From: Pseudomonadota bacterium
GTDB taxonomy: Bacteria; Myxococcota; JACRCW01; JAFGSX01
Length of the DNA: 64,000 nt
NCBI GenBank assembly: GCA_043821645.1
Contig: JBDRCO010000101.1
Span: 10,204 to 74,203, forward strand
Reading direction: 5' to 3'
Below are positions 45,107-53,991 of the stretch, in pieces. Position 1 is the first letter of the stretch. The number at the start of each line of letters is the position of its first letter. Position numbers and translations under genes: made by a program. Under the pieces are notes generated by a model. It was not told the DNA's origin and ran no database searches. It worked only from the letters and a program-made list of their open reading frames with translations.

Positions 45107-46813
45107 ATGGCACAAGAAGAGATGAGCCCCGCGGATGACACGCTCCTCGACGACGAACCTGAGCGTCTGAGCACCTACGATGCTGTCAAGCTGCAGCACG
45201 TGCTGAGCTCGACAGTGGCCAAGGCCAAGACCGGCGACCGCCAGGCTGTGGCCACGCTGGCGCGCATGCTGGCAGACCGGGAGGCTCGCGCCGGCTTCGA
45301 CGAGGAGACCCGGAGCAAGATCGTCCGCAAGGCCTTCGACGGCCTGCGTACCGTCGACAAGCTGCTGGGCAAGAGCGAGATCCTGTCGCTGATCCTGGTC
45401 CTCGCCGAGAAGACCATCGCCGCCGACGTCGAGTCGCTGCTGACCTCGGCGGCCCGTGGCGGTGCGCAGCACGTTCTCCAGGCTCTGCGAGAGACTGCTC
45501 GCTCCGACGACCCGGCCCGGGAGGGCGCACTGCAAGTCCTGGCCCAGGTCCGATCCCAGCTCAACGACGGCGACTATGCCCTGATCGCCTGGGTGGGGCT
45601 GCGCACCGTGCTCGACACGCCTGCCACGCGCCTGATCCGGGAGACCGCGCTCGAGGGAAAGCCCGCGACTCTGGCGGCGCTCGAGAAGACCCTGCTCGCA
45701 CCCAAGGAGGGGGGCGATGCCCTGCTTCCCTTCGCCAAGATGCGCGCGGCACGCTTGCTGTGCCAGAAGACCGAGCAGCTGAGGTCCGAGTGGCTGCCCC
45801 GCCTGGCGGAGCTCACCAGGACCGGGGACGCCAAGGACAGGGCCGCGCTCATGGAGGCTCTGGGTGCCGCGGCGACCCAGCAACCCCCCCTGGCCGGGGC
45901 TGCCCTGGCTTTTGTCGATGCCATCAAGGCCATTCCTCCCAAGGTGTCGTTCGACCGTCTGGAGGAATTGCGTGCGGTTGCGAGGTCGCACCTGGTTGCC
46001 GCCTTTGACGCCGCGGAGGAGGCGGGTGACCTCGAGGGCATGACCGTGCTGGCGCCACTCGCGATCCGCCGGGCCAAGGACGCTCGCATCGCCGTCACCG
46101 CGGCGGAGCTGCTGTACCCCCTCGTGATGGAGGGGGATGTCGACGCCATTGCGGCCCTGGCCGAGACCGCAACGCGCCCCGTGGCCACCGCCGGCGAGGA
46201 TGCCTGCAAGCTGGCCGTCAAGATGCTGGAGGCGGCTGCCAAGGCCGGACAGTCGGAGCTTGTGGTGCAGACCCTGGTCGACGAAGCCGGGCGTCGCGGT
46301 CAAAACGACGACGAGCGCGGTCTCGAGGCCCTGGGACGCACGGCCCGGCACCTGCCCGATCAGCATCAACTGCTCAAGCCCGCTCGCGCGGCCCTGCGTC
46401 GCGGCGTCAAGAATCTGCATCCCATGCGCACGCGCGGACATCTGAGCGCGCTGCGCGGCATGCTGGCTCTGGCCGACCGCCTGCGCGACCGCGACATCGA
46501 CACGCTGATGGATCACCTGGGTCCCCAGGCCGGTCAGGTGCTCGCCGCCGTGGTGCCTCGCCTGGCGCGGGAACAGCTCGAGGACATGCGCGCGACTCTG
46601 CGCCAGCGCCTCGACAAGGGTTTGATGGTCAAGGGCGCCTCCGAGGTGCTCGAGGCCATCGAGCCCGTGCTGGCCGCACCGCGTCGGGGGAGGTTGTCCG
46701 AGGCGCCCCCGGTCCTGCCTCGCAAGAGCAAGCGCAGCCCCCTCAAGCCGAGCGGCAAGAGCCTGTCGCAGATCCTGGAGGATACTGCCGAGGATGACGA
46801 TTCGACGGCGTGA
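45107..46813 (+). CDS. Hypothetical alpha-helical (HEAT/ARM-like) protein, divergent from the ABC transporter operon.
   Basis: 568 aa, Ala/Leu/Arg-rich with repeated about 35-aa helical hairpins ('...ALGRTARHLPDQHQLLKPARAALRRG...'). High GC3. No catalytic motifs. Confidence 0.55.
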   Translation: MAQEEMSPADDTLLDDEPERLSTYDAVKLQHVLSSTVAKAKTGDRQAVATLARMLADREARAGFDEETRSKIVRKAFDGLRTVDKLLGKSEILSLILVLAEKTIAADVESLLTSAARGGAQHVLQALRETARSDDPAREGALQVLAQVRSQLNDGDYALIAWVGLRTVLDTPATRLIRETALEGKPATLAALEKTLLAPKEGGDALLPFAKMRAARLLCQKTEQLRSEWLPRLAELTRTGDAKDRAALMEALGAAATQQPPLAGAALAFVDAIKAIPPKVSFDRLEELRAVARSHLVAAFDAAEEAGDLEGMTVLAPLAIRRAKDARIAVTAAELLYPLVMEGDVDAIAALAETATRPVATAGEDACKLAVKMLEAAAKAGQSELVVQTLVDEAGRRGQNDDERGLEALGRTARHLPDQHQLLKPARAALRRGVKNLHPMRTRGHLSALRGMLALADRLRDRDIDTLMDHLGPQAGQVLAAVVPRLAREQLEDMRATLRQRLDKGLMVKGASEVLEAIEPVLAAPRRGRLSEAPPVLPRKSKRSPLKPSGKSLSQILEDTAEDDDSTA

Positions 46814-47011
46814 GCCGGGCGCGTCCTTGACCGGGAAAGATTCCGGGTTCGAATCCACCGCAGCAGGATTCCGCAAAAATGGGTGAGTGGACCTGGGGAC
46901 CGACAGGATCGAGCGGTGGTGACGACGGGCCGGGAGAGTGAAGCGCCGCGCCTGCGAGTCTTGAAGGACGCGCAGCGGCGACGGCACGCGGGGTGGATCT
47001 CGACACAGCGC

Positions 47012-48454
47012 TCAGCTCTCGATGCTCTCCGGCGGGGTGAAGAAGGCTGGACCGCGCACATCTGGATCGATGTGCCAGGATTGCTGCAGTGCAGGCAGCA
47101 CCCGCTGTATGCAGCCGCTGTGCTGGCACAGGCGGCAGCTCGGCCCGACGGGTACTGCCGCCTTTGTGTCACCAAGGTTCACCACATCCGCGTACACCAG
47201 CTCGGGAGCGTGCTCGATGCGGCAGCCCAGGCAGAGGGCGCGCTCGGCTAAGGCGTGTTCCGGGCCCCGAGCAGGCCCGGAGATCGTGCGCGCGACGTCG
47301 AGGTAAACCTGGCCGCTCTCCGCTCTCGACAGCTGCACACAAAAGCGCCCTGGCGTCAGGAAAGCCCGGTGCAGGCTCCAGCGCGGACAGGCCGCCCCAT
47401 GGCGCGTCAAGGCACGGCCCGAGGCACTGAACCACTTGCTGAGATTGCCGGCGAGGTCGCCCCGGGCGAGGTGAAAAGGGATGCCTTCCTGGCCCGGGCG
47501 CTGCAGCGTGGTCAGCCGGTCACAGACCATCTCGAAGCTGGCGTCGAAGACATTCTGCAGCAGTTCGAGATCGTGACGACGGGAACGGGCGGCATCGAGG
47601 AAGGCCTGGTAGGGCATCAGCACGGCACCGGCGAAGTAGCTGGCGAGAACCTCGCGGCCGAGGTCGCGTGAGGCCTCGGTGGTCAGCGCGGGATCCTCGA
47701 CCAGGCGCTGCATCAGGGCGCCCTGGGTGATCCGTGCGATGCGGTGCGCGAGCTGAAAACAGCGGTGGCTGCGGGGAAGAGACTCCGACAGCAGAAGCTG
47801 CCGATCGTTCGCCACGAAGCGCGCCAGCGCGCCCCCATCCTCGGCGGACGGAATGACATGAACGCGAACGCCGAGCTGTTCCTCGAGATGGTGCAGCAGT
47901 CCTTCGAGCAGCGAACTAGGGTGCAGCTTCGCCTCGCGCCACAGGGCCTCGGCCGCGTCCTCCAGCTCGGCAAAGTGATGGCGATGCTGCTGGATGAAGA
48001 CCGGGACCTCCTCCGTCGGCAGTCCGGCAGGCGACGTTCCAGGAGAGGACAGCGCCTCAGCGACTCTGTGCGCCAGATGATCTCCCGTCTCCCTGTGCTC
48101 GCAGTAGGAGCGGAACAATCGCACCACTGCGTGGCTCAGGTTGGGGGCCGCAGCCACCATGTCCTTGATCTCCGAGCTGGCCAGCTCCAGGTTCTCGAAC
48201 AGGGGGTCGCCAAACACCTCGAGCAGACCCTGGGTGAGCTGAACATCGTGGCCTGCCGCCAGCTGCGCGATGTCGAGCTGGAAATGCCCCGCCATCTTGA
48301 TGAGAAGTGGAGCCGGCAGCGCGCGCCGTTCGTGTTCGATGAGGTTGAGGTAACTCGACGAGATGCCGAGTTGCTTGGCCAGTTCCGCCTGGGTGACGCC
48401 CTGGCGTCGACGAAGCGCGCGGATCTTGCCTCCCAGGTGGCTGTTCTCGTCCAT
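47012..48454 (-). CDS. XRE-family HTH transcriptional regulator with an ImmA/IrrE-like (DUF955-like) region and a Cys-rich C-terminal domain.
   Basis: N-terminal HTH 'LGGKIRALRRRQGVTQAELAKQLGISSSYLNLIEHERR'. C-terminal Cys cluster 'CLGCRIEHAPE...CRLCQHSGC'. Length about 480 aa. The architecture resembles RamB/DUF2083-type regulators. Confidence 0.65.
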   Translation of the reverse strand: MDENSHLGGKIRALRRRQGVTQAELAKQLGISSSYLNLIEHERRALPAPLLIKMAGHFQLDIAQLAAGHDVQLTQGLLEVFGDPLFENLELASSEIKDMVAAAPNLSHAVVRLFRSYCEHRETGDHLAHRVAEALSSPGTSPAGLPTEEVPVFIQQHRHHFAELEDAAEALWREAKLHPSSLLEGLLHHLEEQLGVRVHVIPSAEDGGALARFVANDRQLLLSESLPRSHRCFQLAHRIARITQGALMQRLVEDPALTTEASRDLGREVLASYFAGAVLMPYQAFLDAARSRRHDLELLQNVFDASFEMVCDRLTTLQRPGQEGIPFHLARGDLAGNLSKWFSASGRALTRHGAACPRWSLHRAFLTPGRFCVQLSRAESGQVYLDVARTISGPARGPEHALAERALCLGCRIEHAPELVYADVVNLGDTKAAVPVGPSCRLCQHSGCIQRVLPALQQSWHIDPDVRGPAFFTPPESIES

Positions 48455-48646
48455 GTGCGGTCTCCCGGAACAGGGGTCGTCCGTGAACTCTGAACGACCC
48501 TCATGAGCAGTGCCATCATGGTCCCGGATCGCGGACCTGGGAACCGGGAACTCGGCCGCCTGGCCACGGGTGCCGATGGGTCGTTTTTGGCTCACGCAGC
48601 AGGCGACAGTGCGCTATCGTCCGCGGGTCGAGGCGGGGGGACAGTC

Positions 48647-49120
48647 ATGCAGCTGATCATCTGGTTGCGCCAGCAACACGACGAGTTGATGGTACTCCTG
48701 CTCGAGTACTCTCGCCTGCTGAGTGAGCGCGACGTGGCGCAGAGTTCGATGGAGCTGCGCGGTCTGATCACGCGCATCGCCGGGAAGCTGAAGATCCACT
48801 ACGCCATGGAAGACCACTCCCTGTACCAGCCTTTGCTCGCGCATCCCGATGCTGCGATCCGGGCGCTGGCGCGGAGCTTTCAAGCCGAGGTGGGTCATCT
48901 GGCCGCAGCGTTCCAGGGCTTCCTCGATCGCTGGCCAAGCAGTGTCGCCATCCGTGCGGACGTCGACGGATTTCGCGCGGACAGCGAGGAGGTGATCAGC
49001 AGCGTGGTGTATCGCATCCTGCGCGAGAACGAGGAACTCTATCCCCCGGCTTCCCTGGCCATGGCCACCGAGACCGGGTCCGTCTATCAGCGCGTGCGGG
49101 CCACGCAGGGTTCCCGCTAG
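48647..49120 (+). CDS. Hemerythrin-like (HHE cation-binding) domain protein.
   Basis: Divergent from the XRE regulator with 192 bp between the starts. His/Glu spacing is consistent with a hemerythrin-like four-helix bundle ('LRQQHDEL', 'KLKIHYAMEDHSLY'). The GGGGGGA SD lies upstream. Confidence 0.45.
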   Translation: MQLIIWLRQQHDELMVLLLEYSRLLSERDVAQSSMELRGLITRIAGKLKIHYAMEDHSLYQPLLAHPDAAIRALARSFQAEVGHLAAAFQGFLDRWPSSVAIRADVDGFRADSEEVISSVVYRILRENEELYPPASLAMATETGSVYQRVRATQGSR

Positions 49121-49139
49121 GCCACGCCATCTCGTCGGC

Positions 49140-50489
49140 TCATGCTTCGATGTCGCGCTGGTGCTTGACCACGCCGGTCTTGTAGGCGGCGTCGGCCACC
49201 GCCTTTGCCACGGCCTCGTGCAGTTCCTTCTTGAGCAGGCTCGGCACCAGATCACCCTCGGCGGCGTGCTCGGCGATGACGGTGGCGGCGGCGATCTTCA
49301 TCAGGTTGTTGACGCGGGTGGCTCGCGCCATCAGCGCGCCCTTGAACAGGCCCGGGAACGCGAGCGCATTGTTGACGCCCTTGCCATCTGCCGCGAAGGC
49401 TGCTCCGGCCTCGATGGCGTCGTCGGGGGAGATCTCGGGATCGGGGTTGCTGAGCGCGAGGATCACCTGCTTGGGCTGCACCAGCTCGGGCTTGATCAAA
49501 CCGGGCACACCGGTGGTGGCGATGACGATCTTCGACTCCTTCATCACCCCGGCCAGATCCGTCGCGTTCCCTCCGCCATCCGAGAAGCGCTTGAGGGCAC
49601 CCTCGTTGATGTCGGTGCCGCAGATCGTCTGCACCCCGTAGGCCTTGAGCAGCTTGAAGATACCCATGCCGGCAGCGCCAAGACCGATGATGCCCACGTT
49701 CGATTTCTTGAGGTTGATGTAGGTGTAGCGGGCGATGTTGAGCAGAGCGGCGAGCACCACCACGGCCGTGCCGTGCTGGTCGTCGTGCACCACCGGGATG
49801 TCCAGGATCTGGTCGAGCTGGTTCTCGATCTCGAAACATTCCGGAGCGCGGATGTCCTCGAGCTTGATGGCGCCGAAGGTGGGGGCGATCGCCTTGACCG
49901 CCTGGATGATCACCTCGGGGTCCTTGCTGTCGATCAGGATGGGGATACCGTTGATGTCGGCGAGCAGCTTGAACAGCAGCGACTTGCCTTCCATGACGGG
50001 CATGCCCGCCACGGGGCCGATGTCACCGAGCCCCAGGATCGCCGTGCCGTTGGTCACGATGGCCACGGTGTTGGGGATGCCCGTGTACAGGTAGGCCAGC
50101 TCGGGGTCCTTGTGGATCTTGCGGCAGATGCTGGCCACGCCGGGCGTATAGACCAGCCCCAGGTCATCGATCGACTGCACGGCCACGCGGGGCTGGATCT
50201 CGATCTTTCCACCGCGATGCACCTCTTGCACCACATCCTTGGTGTCGATGAGGTTGACACCCTCCATGCGGCGCACATCGTCGCAGATCTGGTCGAACAC
50301 CTCCTCGGAACGGACCCAGATGTCGACGTCGCGGATCTTGTAGTTCTTGCCCATGGAGACCGAGCGGATCTCACCGAAGGCGCCGCCGTGGCTGGCCACC
50401 ATACTGGCAAAGGCACCCAGGCTACACGGGACGTGCGTGAACTTGATGCGTGCGCGCTTGATGATGCGAATGGCGGATTCGTGCTTCAT
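49140..50489 (-). CDS. NAD(P)-dependent malic enzyme with an N-terminal ACT-like domain.
   Basis: Malic-enzyme motifs 'VYTPGVASIC', 'VVTNGTAILGLGDIGP', 'GAIKLEDIRAPECFEIE', 'PVVHDDQHGTAVV' and 'IGLGAAGMGI', preceded by an about 75-aa ACT-like betaalphabetabetaalphabeta segment. Confidence 0.85.
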   Translation of the reverse strand: MKHESAIRIIKRARIKFTHVPCSLGAFASMVASHGGAFGEIRSVSMGKNYKIRDVDIWVRSEEVFDQICDDVRRMEGVNLIDTKDVVQEVHRGGKIEIQPRVAVQSIDDLGLVYTPGVASICRKIHKDPELAYLYTGIPNTVAIVTNGTAILGLGDIGPVAGMPVMEGKSLLFKLLADINGIPILIDSKDPEVIIQAVKAIAPTFGAIKLEDIRAPECFEIENQLDQILDIPVVHDDQHGTAVVVLAALLNIARYTYINLKKSNVGIIGLGAAGMGIFKLLKAYGVQTICGTDINEGALKRFSDGGGNATDLAGVMKESKIVIATTGVPGLIKPELVQPKQVILALSNPDPEISPDDAIEAGAAFAADGKGVNNALAFPGLFKGALMARATRVNNLMKIAAATVIAEHAAEGDLVPSLLKKELHEAVAKAVADAAYKTGVVKHQRDIEA

Positions 50490-50570
50490 CGAGGACTCCG
50501 GTACCCCCTGCAGCGGGAGCGTCGCAAAGATAGCTCTCTGCGAGGTCCGCACAAGCGTCGCCTGGACGAA

Positions 50571-51653
50571 ATGGCAGGATTCCCTCTCGGTGATGCGTGG
50601 CACTTGCGCGGGGAGCGTGGACCGCTAATCTTGTCCTGCAATCCTTGTAGCGGGGGGGTGGTGCAGACTTCAGACAAACGACGCCTGGCGAGACGTTATC
50701 CCTGTGAGATCGACGTCGAGCTCCATCTTCAGCAACAGCGGCTGTCGGCACGCACCGTCGACGTCAGCCGCCACGGTCTGTTCGTGAGCATGGCGGAGCC
50801 ACCAGCCGAGAACCGGGTGGTGTTCCTGACACTGATGGTTCCGGGTGAGAAGCTCGAGACCATGGCGGTGGTCACCCACCGCAAGCTCGAGCCTTCCAGG
50901 GATGAAAGAGGGGCGGGATTCAAGTTCTTCGCCATGTCGCAGGAGGCCCTGCAGCGCTGGGAGAGCTTCCTGGCGAGCCTGGGCAGCGGGCACAGCGTGC
51001 TGCCGCAGCCTCAGGGGGAGGATCGCATCGGCGCCGCCGTGGCCACCTTCTTCATCCAGCTCGACAGCGCGATGGACATGTTCAACTTCTTCGAGCGCCA
51101 CGTGGCCAGAGGCGAGATCGTCCGGGTGACCCCGCCAGTCCGCGAGCTCGGTGCCGAGGTCACCATCCTGTTCGTGCACCCGACCACCCAGGAGGAATTT
51201 TCCCTCAAGGCTCTCGTCGAGGAGCTCTATGCGGACAACCCGCTGCGCATGGGGATCCGCTTCCCTCCTTTGGATCCGGAATTGCGCCGCGCCTTTTTGC
51301 GCTTCCTCGGGCCGAGTGCGGTGGTGGGATCCGATGGCAGCAGCGGGGCCATGCCGCTGCTGGCTGCCGCGCGCAAGGGCTGGACCGAGTACGCCTTCTT
51401 CTCTCCAAAGGTGACCCGGACTCCGGTCGAACCCGAGGTGCGGACCCTGGTGGCCTCGGATGCAAGCCTGCTTTCGATGGAGGGTGCGGACGTCGATCTC
51501 TCTGATCTGATGGCGACAACTGCCGAGCCCGAAGACGACTTCGATATTGACGTGGTGATGGGGGACGTTCTCGAGTTGCCCGAACTCGAGCATGTGGATC
51601 CGAAGATGCTGTTCGACTTCGACTGGTTGAAAGGCAACCGCGAGAACAGCTAG
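50571..51653 (+). CDS. PilZ-domain protein.
   Basis: PilZ signatures 'RRLARRYPCEIDVELHL...RTVDVSRHGLFV' (RxxxR ... DxSxxG). A second PilZ-like half ('GEIVRVTPPVRELGAEVTILFVHP'). An alternative GTG start is at 50658. Divergent from the malic enzyme gene. Confidence 0.6.
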   Translation: MAGFPLGDAWHLRGERGPLILSCNPCSGGVVQTSDKRRLARRYPCEIDVELHLQQQRLSARTVDVSRHGLFVSMAEPPAENRVVFLTLMVPGEKLETMAVVTHRKLEPSRDERGAGFKFFAMSQEALQRWESFLASLGSGHSVLPQPQGEDRIGAAVATFFIQLDSAMDMFNFFERHVARGEIVRVTPPVRELGAEVTILFVHPTTQEEFSLKALVEELYADNPLRMGIRFPPLDPELRRAFLRFLGPSAVVGSDGSSGAMPLLAAARKGWTEYAFFSPKVTRTPVEPEVRTLVASDASLLSMEGADVDLSDLMATTAEPEDDFDIDVVMGDVLELPELEHVDPKMLFDFDWLKGNRENS

Positions 51654-51883
51654 AAGCCTCGCCCGCGCAGCATCTTCCGGTACCAGGGTTCGATGGCGAG
51701 TTCGCCGCTGAAGGCCACGGCAAAGGCCGAACCTCGATCCTCGGTGTCCGCAAACTTGATGCCTGGGGGTGGCTGCTTCAGCACGCGGCAGACCAGCAGC
51801 TTGAGGTTGTAGAAGGGATCCAGGGTTGCCAGTTCGCTCTCCGAGGGCTCCAGACTCATCCCTGCTCCGGTGTTGCGCGCCAT
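51650..51883 (-). CDS. Small hypothetical protein (77 aa) immediately downstream of the ThiF/E1-like gene.
   Basis: Strong SD 'AGGAGGAGG' 4 nt before the ATG at 51883. Sequence 'MARNTGAGMSLEPSESELATLDPFYNLKLLVCRVLKQPPPGIKF...RGRGF'. No family recognised. Confidence 0.5.
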   Translation of the reverse strand: MARNTGAGMSLEPSESELATLDPFYNLKLLVCRVLKQPPPGIKFADTEDRGSAFAVAFSGELAIEPWYRKMLRGRGF

Positions 51884-51989
51884 GATCGCCTCCTCCTGAT
51901 CGCCAGGATTTCAGGATAGCGAGGGGGAGGGGCCAGACACATCCGCAAGTCGACCGATGTCGTGACCACCGTACACTGTCGGGTCCGCG

Positions 51990-53006
51990 CTACACCCCGA
52001 GGTAGCGAGCGCACAGGCTGCGCGCCCGCGCGGTATCGCGGGTGCCCTTGACGATGGTGCGGCCATCCTCGAACACCAAGAGCTCGACTCCGTCGACGGA
52101 CACGCGCGCCATGGCACCGAGCGGGTGAACGCTCACAGCGTCTCCGAGGCGCTGTCTGAGCACGTCAAAGTCAACTCGGACCCCTGGTGTCGGGGAGATC
52201 TGCACCGCGTCCTGGCCACACAGGACGTCGTTCCAGCTCTGCCGGGCTGGCGTCAAGAAGTCAAAACGCCCCTCGCCACAGCATCGGCAAGCGTCCTGCC
52301 TGGGGACCTGCACCGTGCGCAGCGAGGGCGACCATGCGTCGATGAGGTGTAGCCGACCCGCAGGCTCCGGGTCTCCGACCAGCAGTCGCAGTGCGAGGCT
52401 CACCTGCACGGACGCGACGAGGGAGGGTAGGGCATTCAGCACCCCCACCGTGTCACAGGTGGGCTGGCTTCCTGGCATCGGAGCATCGGGCAGCAGGCAG
52501 CGCAGGCAGGGCCCCCGACCCGGCGTGATGGCCATGGCCATGCCCTCGGTGGCCACCGCGCCACCGTAAATCCAGGGTCGCGTGCGCTGCACGCACAGGT
52601 CGTTGAGAAGGTAGCGGGTCTCGAAGTTGTCACAGGCGTCGACGACCAGATCCATGCCGTCCAGCAGCTCGGCTCCGTTGTGCAGGTTGAGATCCGCGAC
52701 CCGGGGATCGAGCTCAACCTCTCGATTCACGTGCCGCAGGTGCTGACCCGCGGCCACGGCCTTGGGCGTGCCGAGATCCGCGTCCACCTCGGTGTAGAGC
52801 AGCTGGCGGTGCAAGTTGCTGCGCTCGACAACGTCGCGATCCACGAGCCTCAGGCGTCCCACACCTGCTCGCGCCAGCAGCTGTGCCTGGGTGCTGCCCA
52901 GGGCGCCGAGGCCGAGCACCAGCACGCTGGCCTGCTGGATGCGCTGCTGGCCCGGATCGCCAATCTGCGGCAGCAGGCGATGGCGTGCATGGCGGTCGAT
53001 GTCCAT
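51990..53006 (-). CDS. ThiF/MoeB/HesA-family E1-like adenylyltransferase.
   Basis: 'RHRLLPQIGDPGQQRIQQASVLVLGLGALGS...LARAGVGRLRLVDRDVVERSNLHRQ' Rossmann/adenylation core. Zn-binding CxxC pairs ('CLRC', 'CRCC'). An about 90-aa C-terminal extension. Confidence 0.8.
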   Translation of the reverse strand: MDIDRHARHRLLPQIGDPGQQRIQQASVLVLGLGALGSTQAQLLARAGVGRLRLVDRDVVERSNLHRQLLYTEVDADLGTPKAVAAGQHLRHVNREVELDPRVADLNLHNGAELLDGMDLVVDACDNFETRYLLNDLCVQRTRPWIYGGAVATEGMAMAITPGRGPCLRCLLPDAPMPGSQPTCDTVGVLNALPSLVASVQVSLALRLLVGDPEPAGRLHLIDAWSPSLRTVQVPRQDACRCCGEGRFDFLTPARQSWNDVLCGQDAVQISPTPGVRVDFDVLRQRLGDAVSVHPLGAMARVSVDGVELLVFEDGRTIVKGTRDTARARSLCARYLGV

Positions 53007-53139
53007 CGGTGGGCTCCACACGGGTTCACCGGCATGCTAGCACGTCGTGACGATGGTCCACGCGCCAGGACCTGCCTATGATGCCCGCACTCCCTAGGTG
53101 GTGATCCGGGAACGGCCACACGGCCAGACGAGGTCAGAC

Positions 53140-53988
53140 ATGATCGAGAAGACTCCCACGCGCTTCGATGGCGCCGCGCGCTACGTGCTTGATGACGAGC
53201 TGGCCACGATCGTCAACATCTCCATCGCCCTGGAGATGCCGCTCCTGCTCAAGGGTGAGCCGGGCACGGGCAAGACCATGCTGGCCCACGCCATCGCCGA
53301 GCGTCTGCAGATGCCGCTCAAGGTACTCAACGTCAAGTCGAGTATGAAGCTGGTGGACGCCCTGTACCAGTACGACACCCTGACGCGTCTGAACGATAGC
53401 CGCTTCGGGGACTCGTCGCGCGACGTGCGCCGCATCGAGGACTATATCCGCATGGGCGTCATCGGCCAGGCCTTCACCGCCGAGCACAAGGTGGTGCTGC
53501 TGATCGACGAGATCGACAAGGCAGACGCCGACTTTCAGGACGACATGCTCGATGTGCTGGATCAGATGTCCTTCGACATCCTCGAGGTGGACCGCACCGT
53601 CCGCGCTGTGCACCGGCCCGTCATCATCATCACATCAAACGCCAAGAAGGACCTCTCGGATCCCTTTCTTGGGCGCTGCAACTTTCATCACATCGCTTTT
53701 CCGTCGGCCGAACAGATGATGCGCATCGTGCGCGTGCACTTTCCGGACGTGGCGCAGCGGCTGCTCGACGCGACGGCGAGTGCCTTCTACGAGCTGCGAG
53801 GTTTACGCGAGATCGAGAAGAAGCCAGCCACCCGGGAGCTGATCAACTGGATCCGGGCTTTGCAGACCGATCCGGATTTTGACCCGGCGCGACTGGAGCA
53901 GGGCGAGGTCCCGTTCCTGGGCTTGCTGTTCAAAAAGAGCCAGGACTTCGAGCTGGCGGCCAAGCATGCACGGCGCCAGGCGAGGTAG
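53140..53988 (+). CDS. MoxR-like AAA+ ATPase (CoxD-like).
   Basis: Walker A 'GEPGTGKT', Walker B 'LLIDEIDKA', sensor/Arg-finger region, about 280 aa. GAGGT lies upstream of the ATG. Confidence 0.75.
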   Translation: MIEKTPTRFDGAARYVLDDELATIVNISIALEMPLLLKGEPGTGKTMLAHAIAERLQMPLKVLNVKSSMKLVDALYQYDTLTRLNDSRFGDSSRDVRRIEDYIRMGVIGQAFTAEHKVVLLIDEIDKADADFQDDMLDVLDQMSFDILEVDRTVRAVHRPVIIITSNAKKDLSDPFLGRCNFHHIAFPSAEQMMRIVRVHFPDVAQRLLDATASAFYELRGLREIEKKPATRELINWIRALQTDPDFDPARLEQGEVPFLGLLFKKSQDFELAAKHARRQAR

Positions 53989-53991
53989 AGC

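Noticed and set aside
46838-46870. tRNA-like T-loop sequence GGTTCGAATCC in the 3' intergenic region at 46847-46857.
   Set aside because: The flanking bases cannot form a T-stem: only 2 of 5 pairs match. No acceptor stem or anticodon arm is found. It is most likely chance, or at best a degraded tRNA or att remnant.
44813-46987. N-terminal 700-aa extension of the 1065-aa minus-strand ORF containing the ABC ATPase.
   Set aside because: Only the last roughly 340 codons carry ABC motifs. The extension is antisense to the well-formed 45107..46813 gene.
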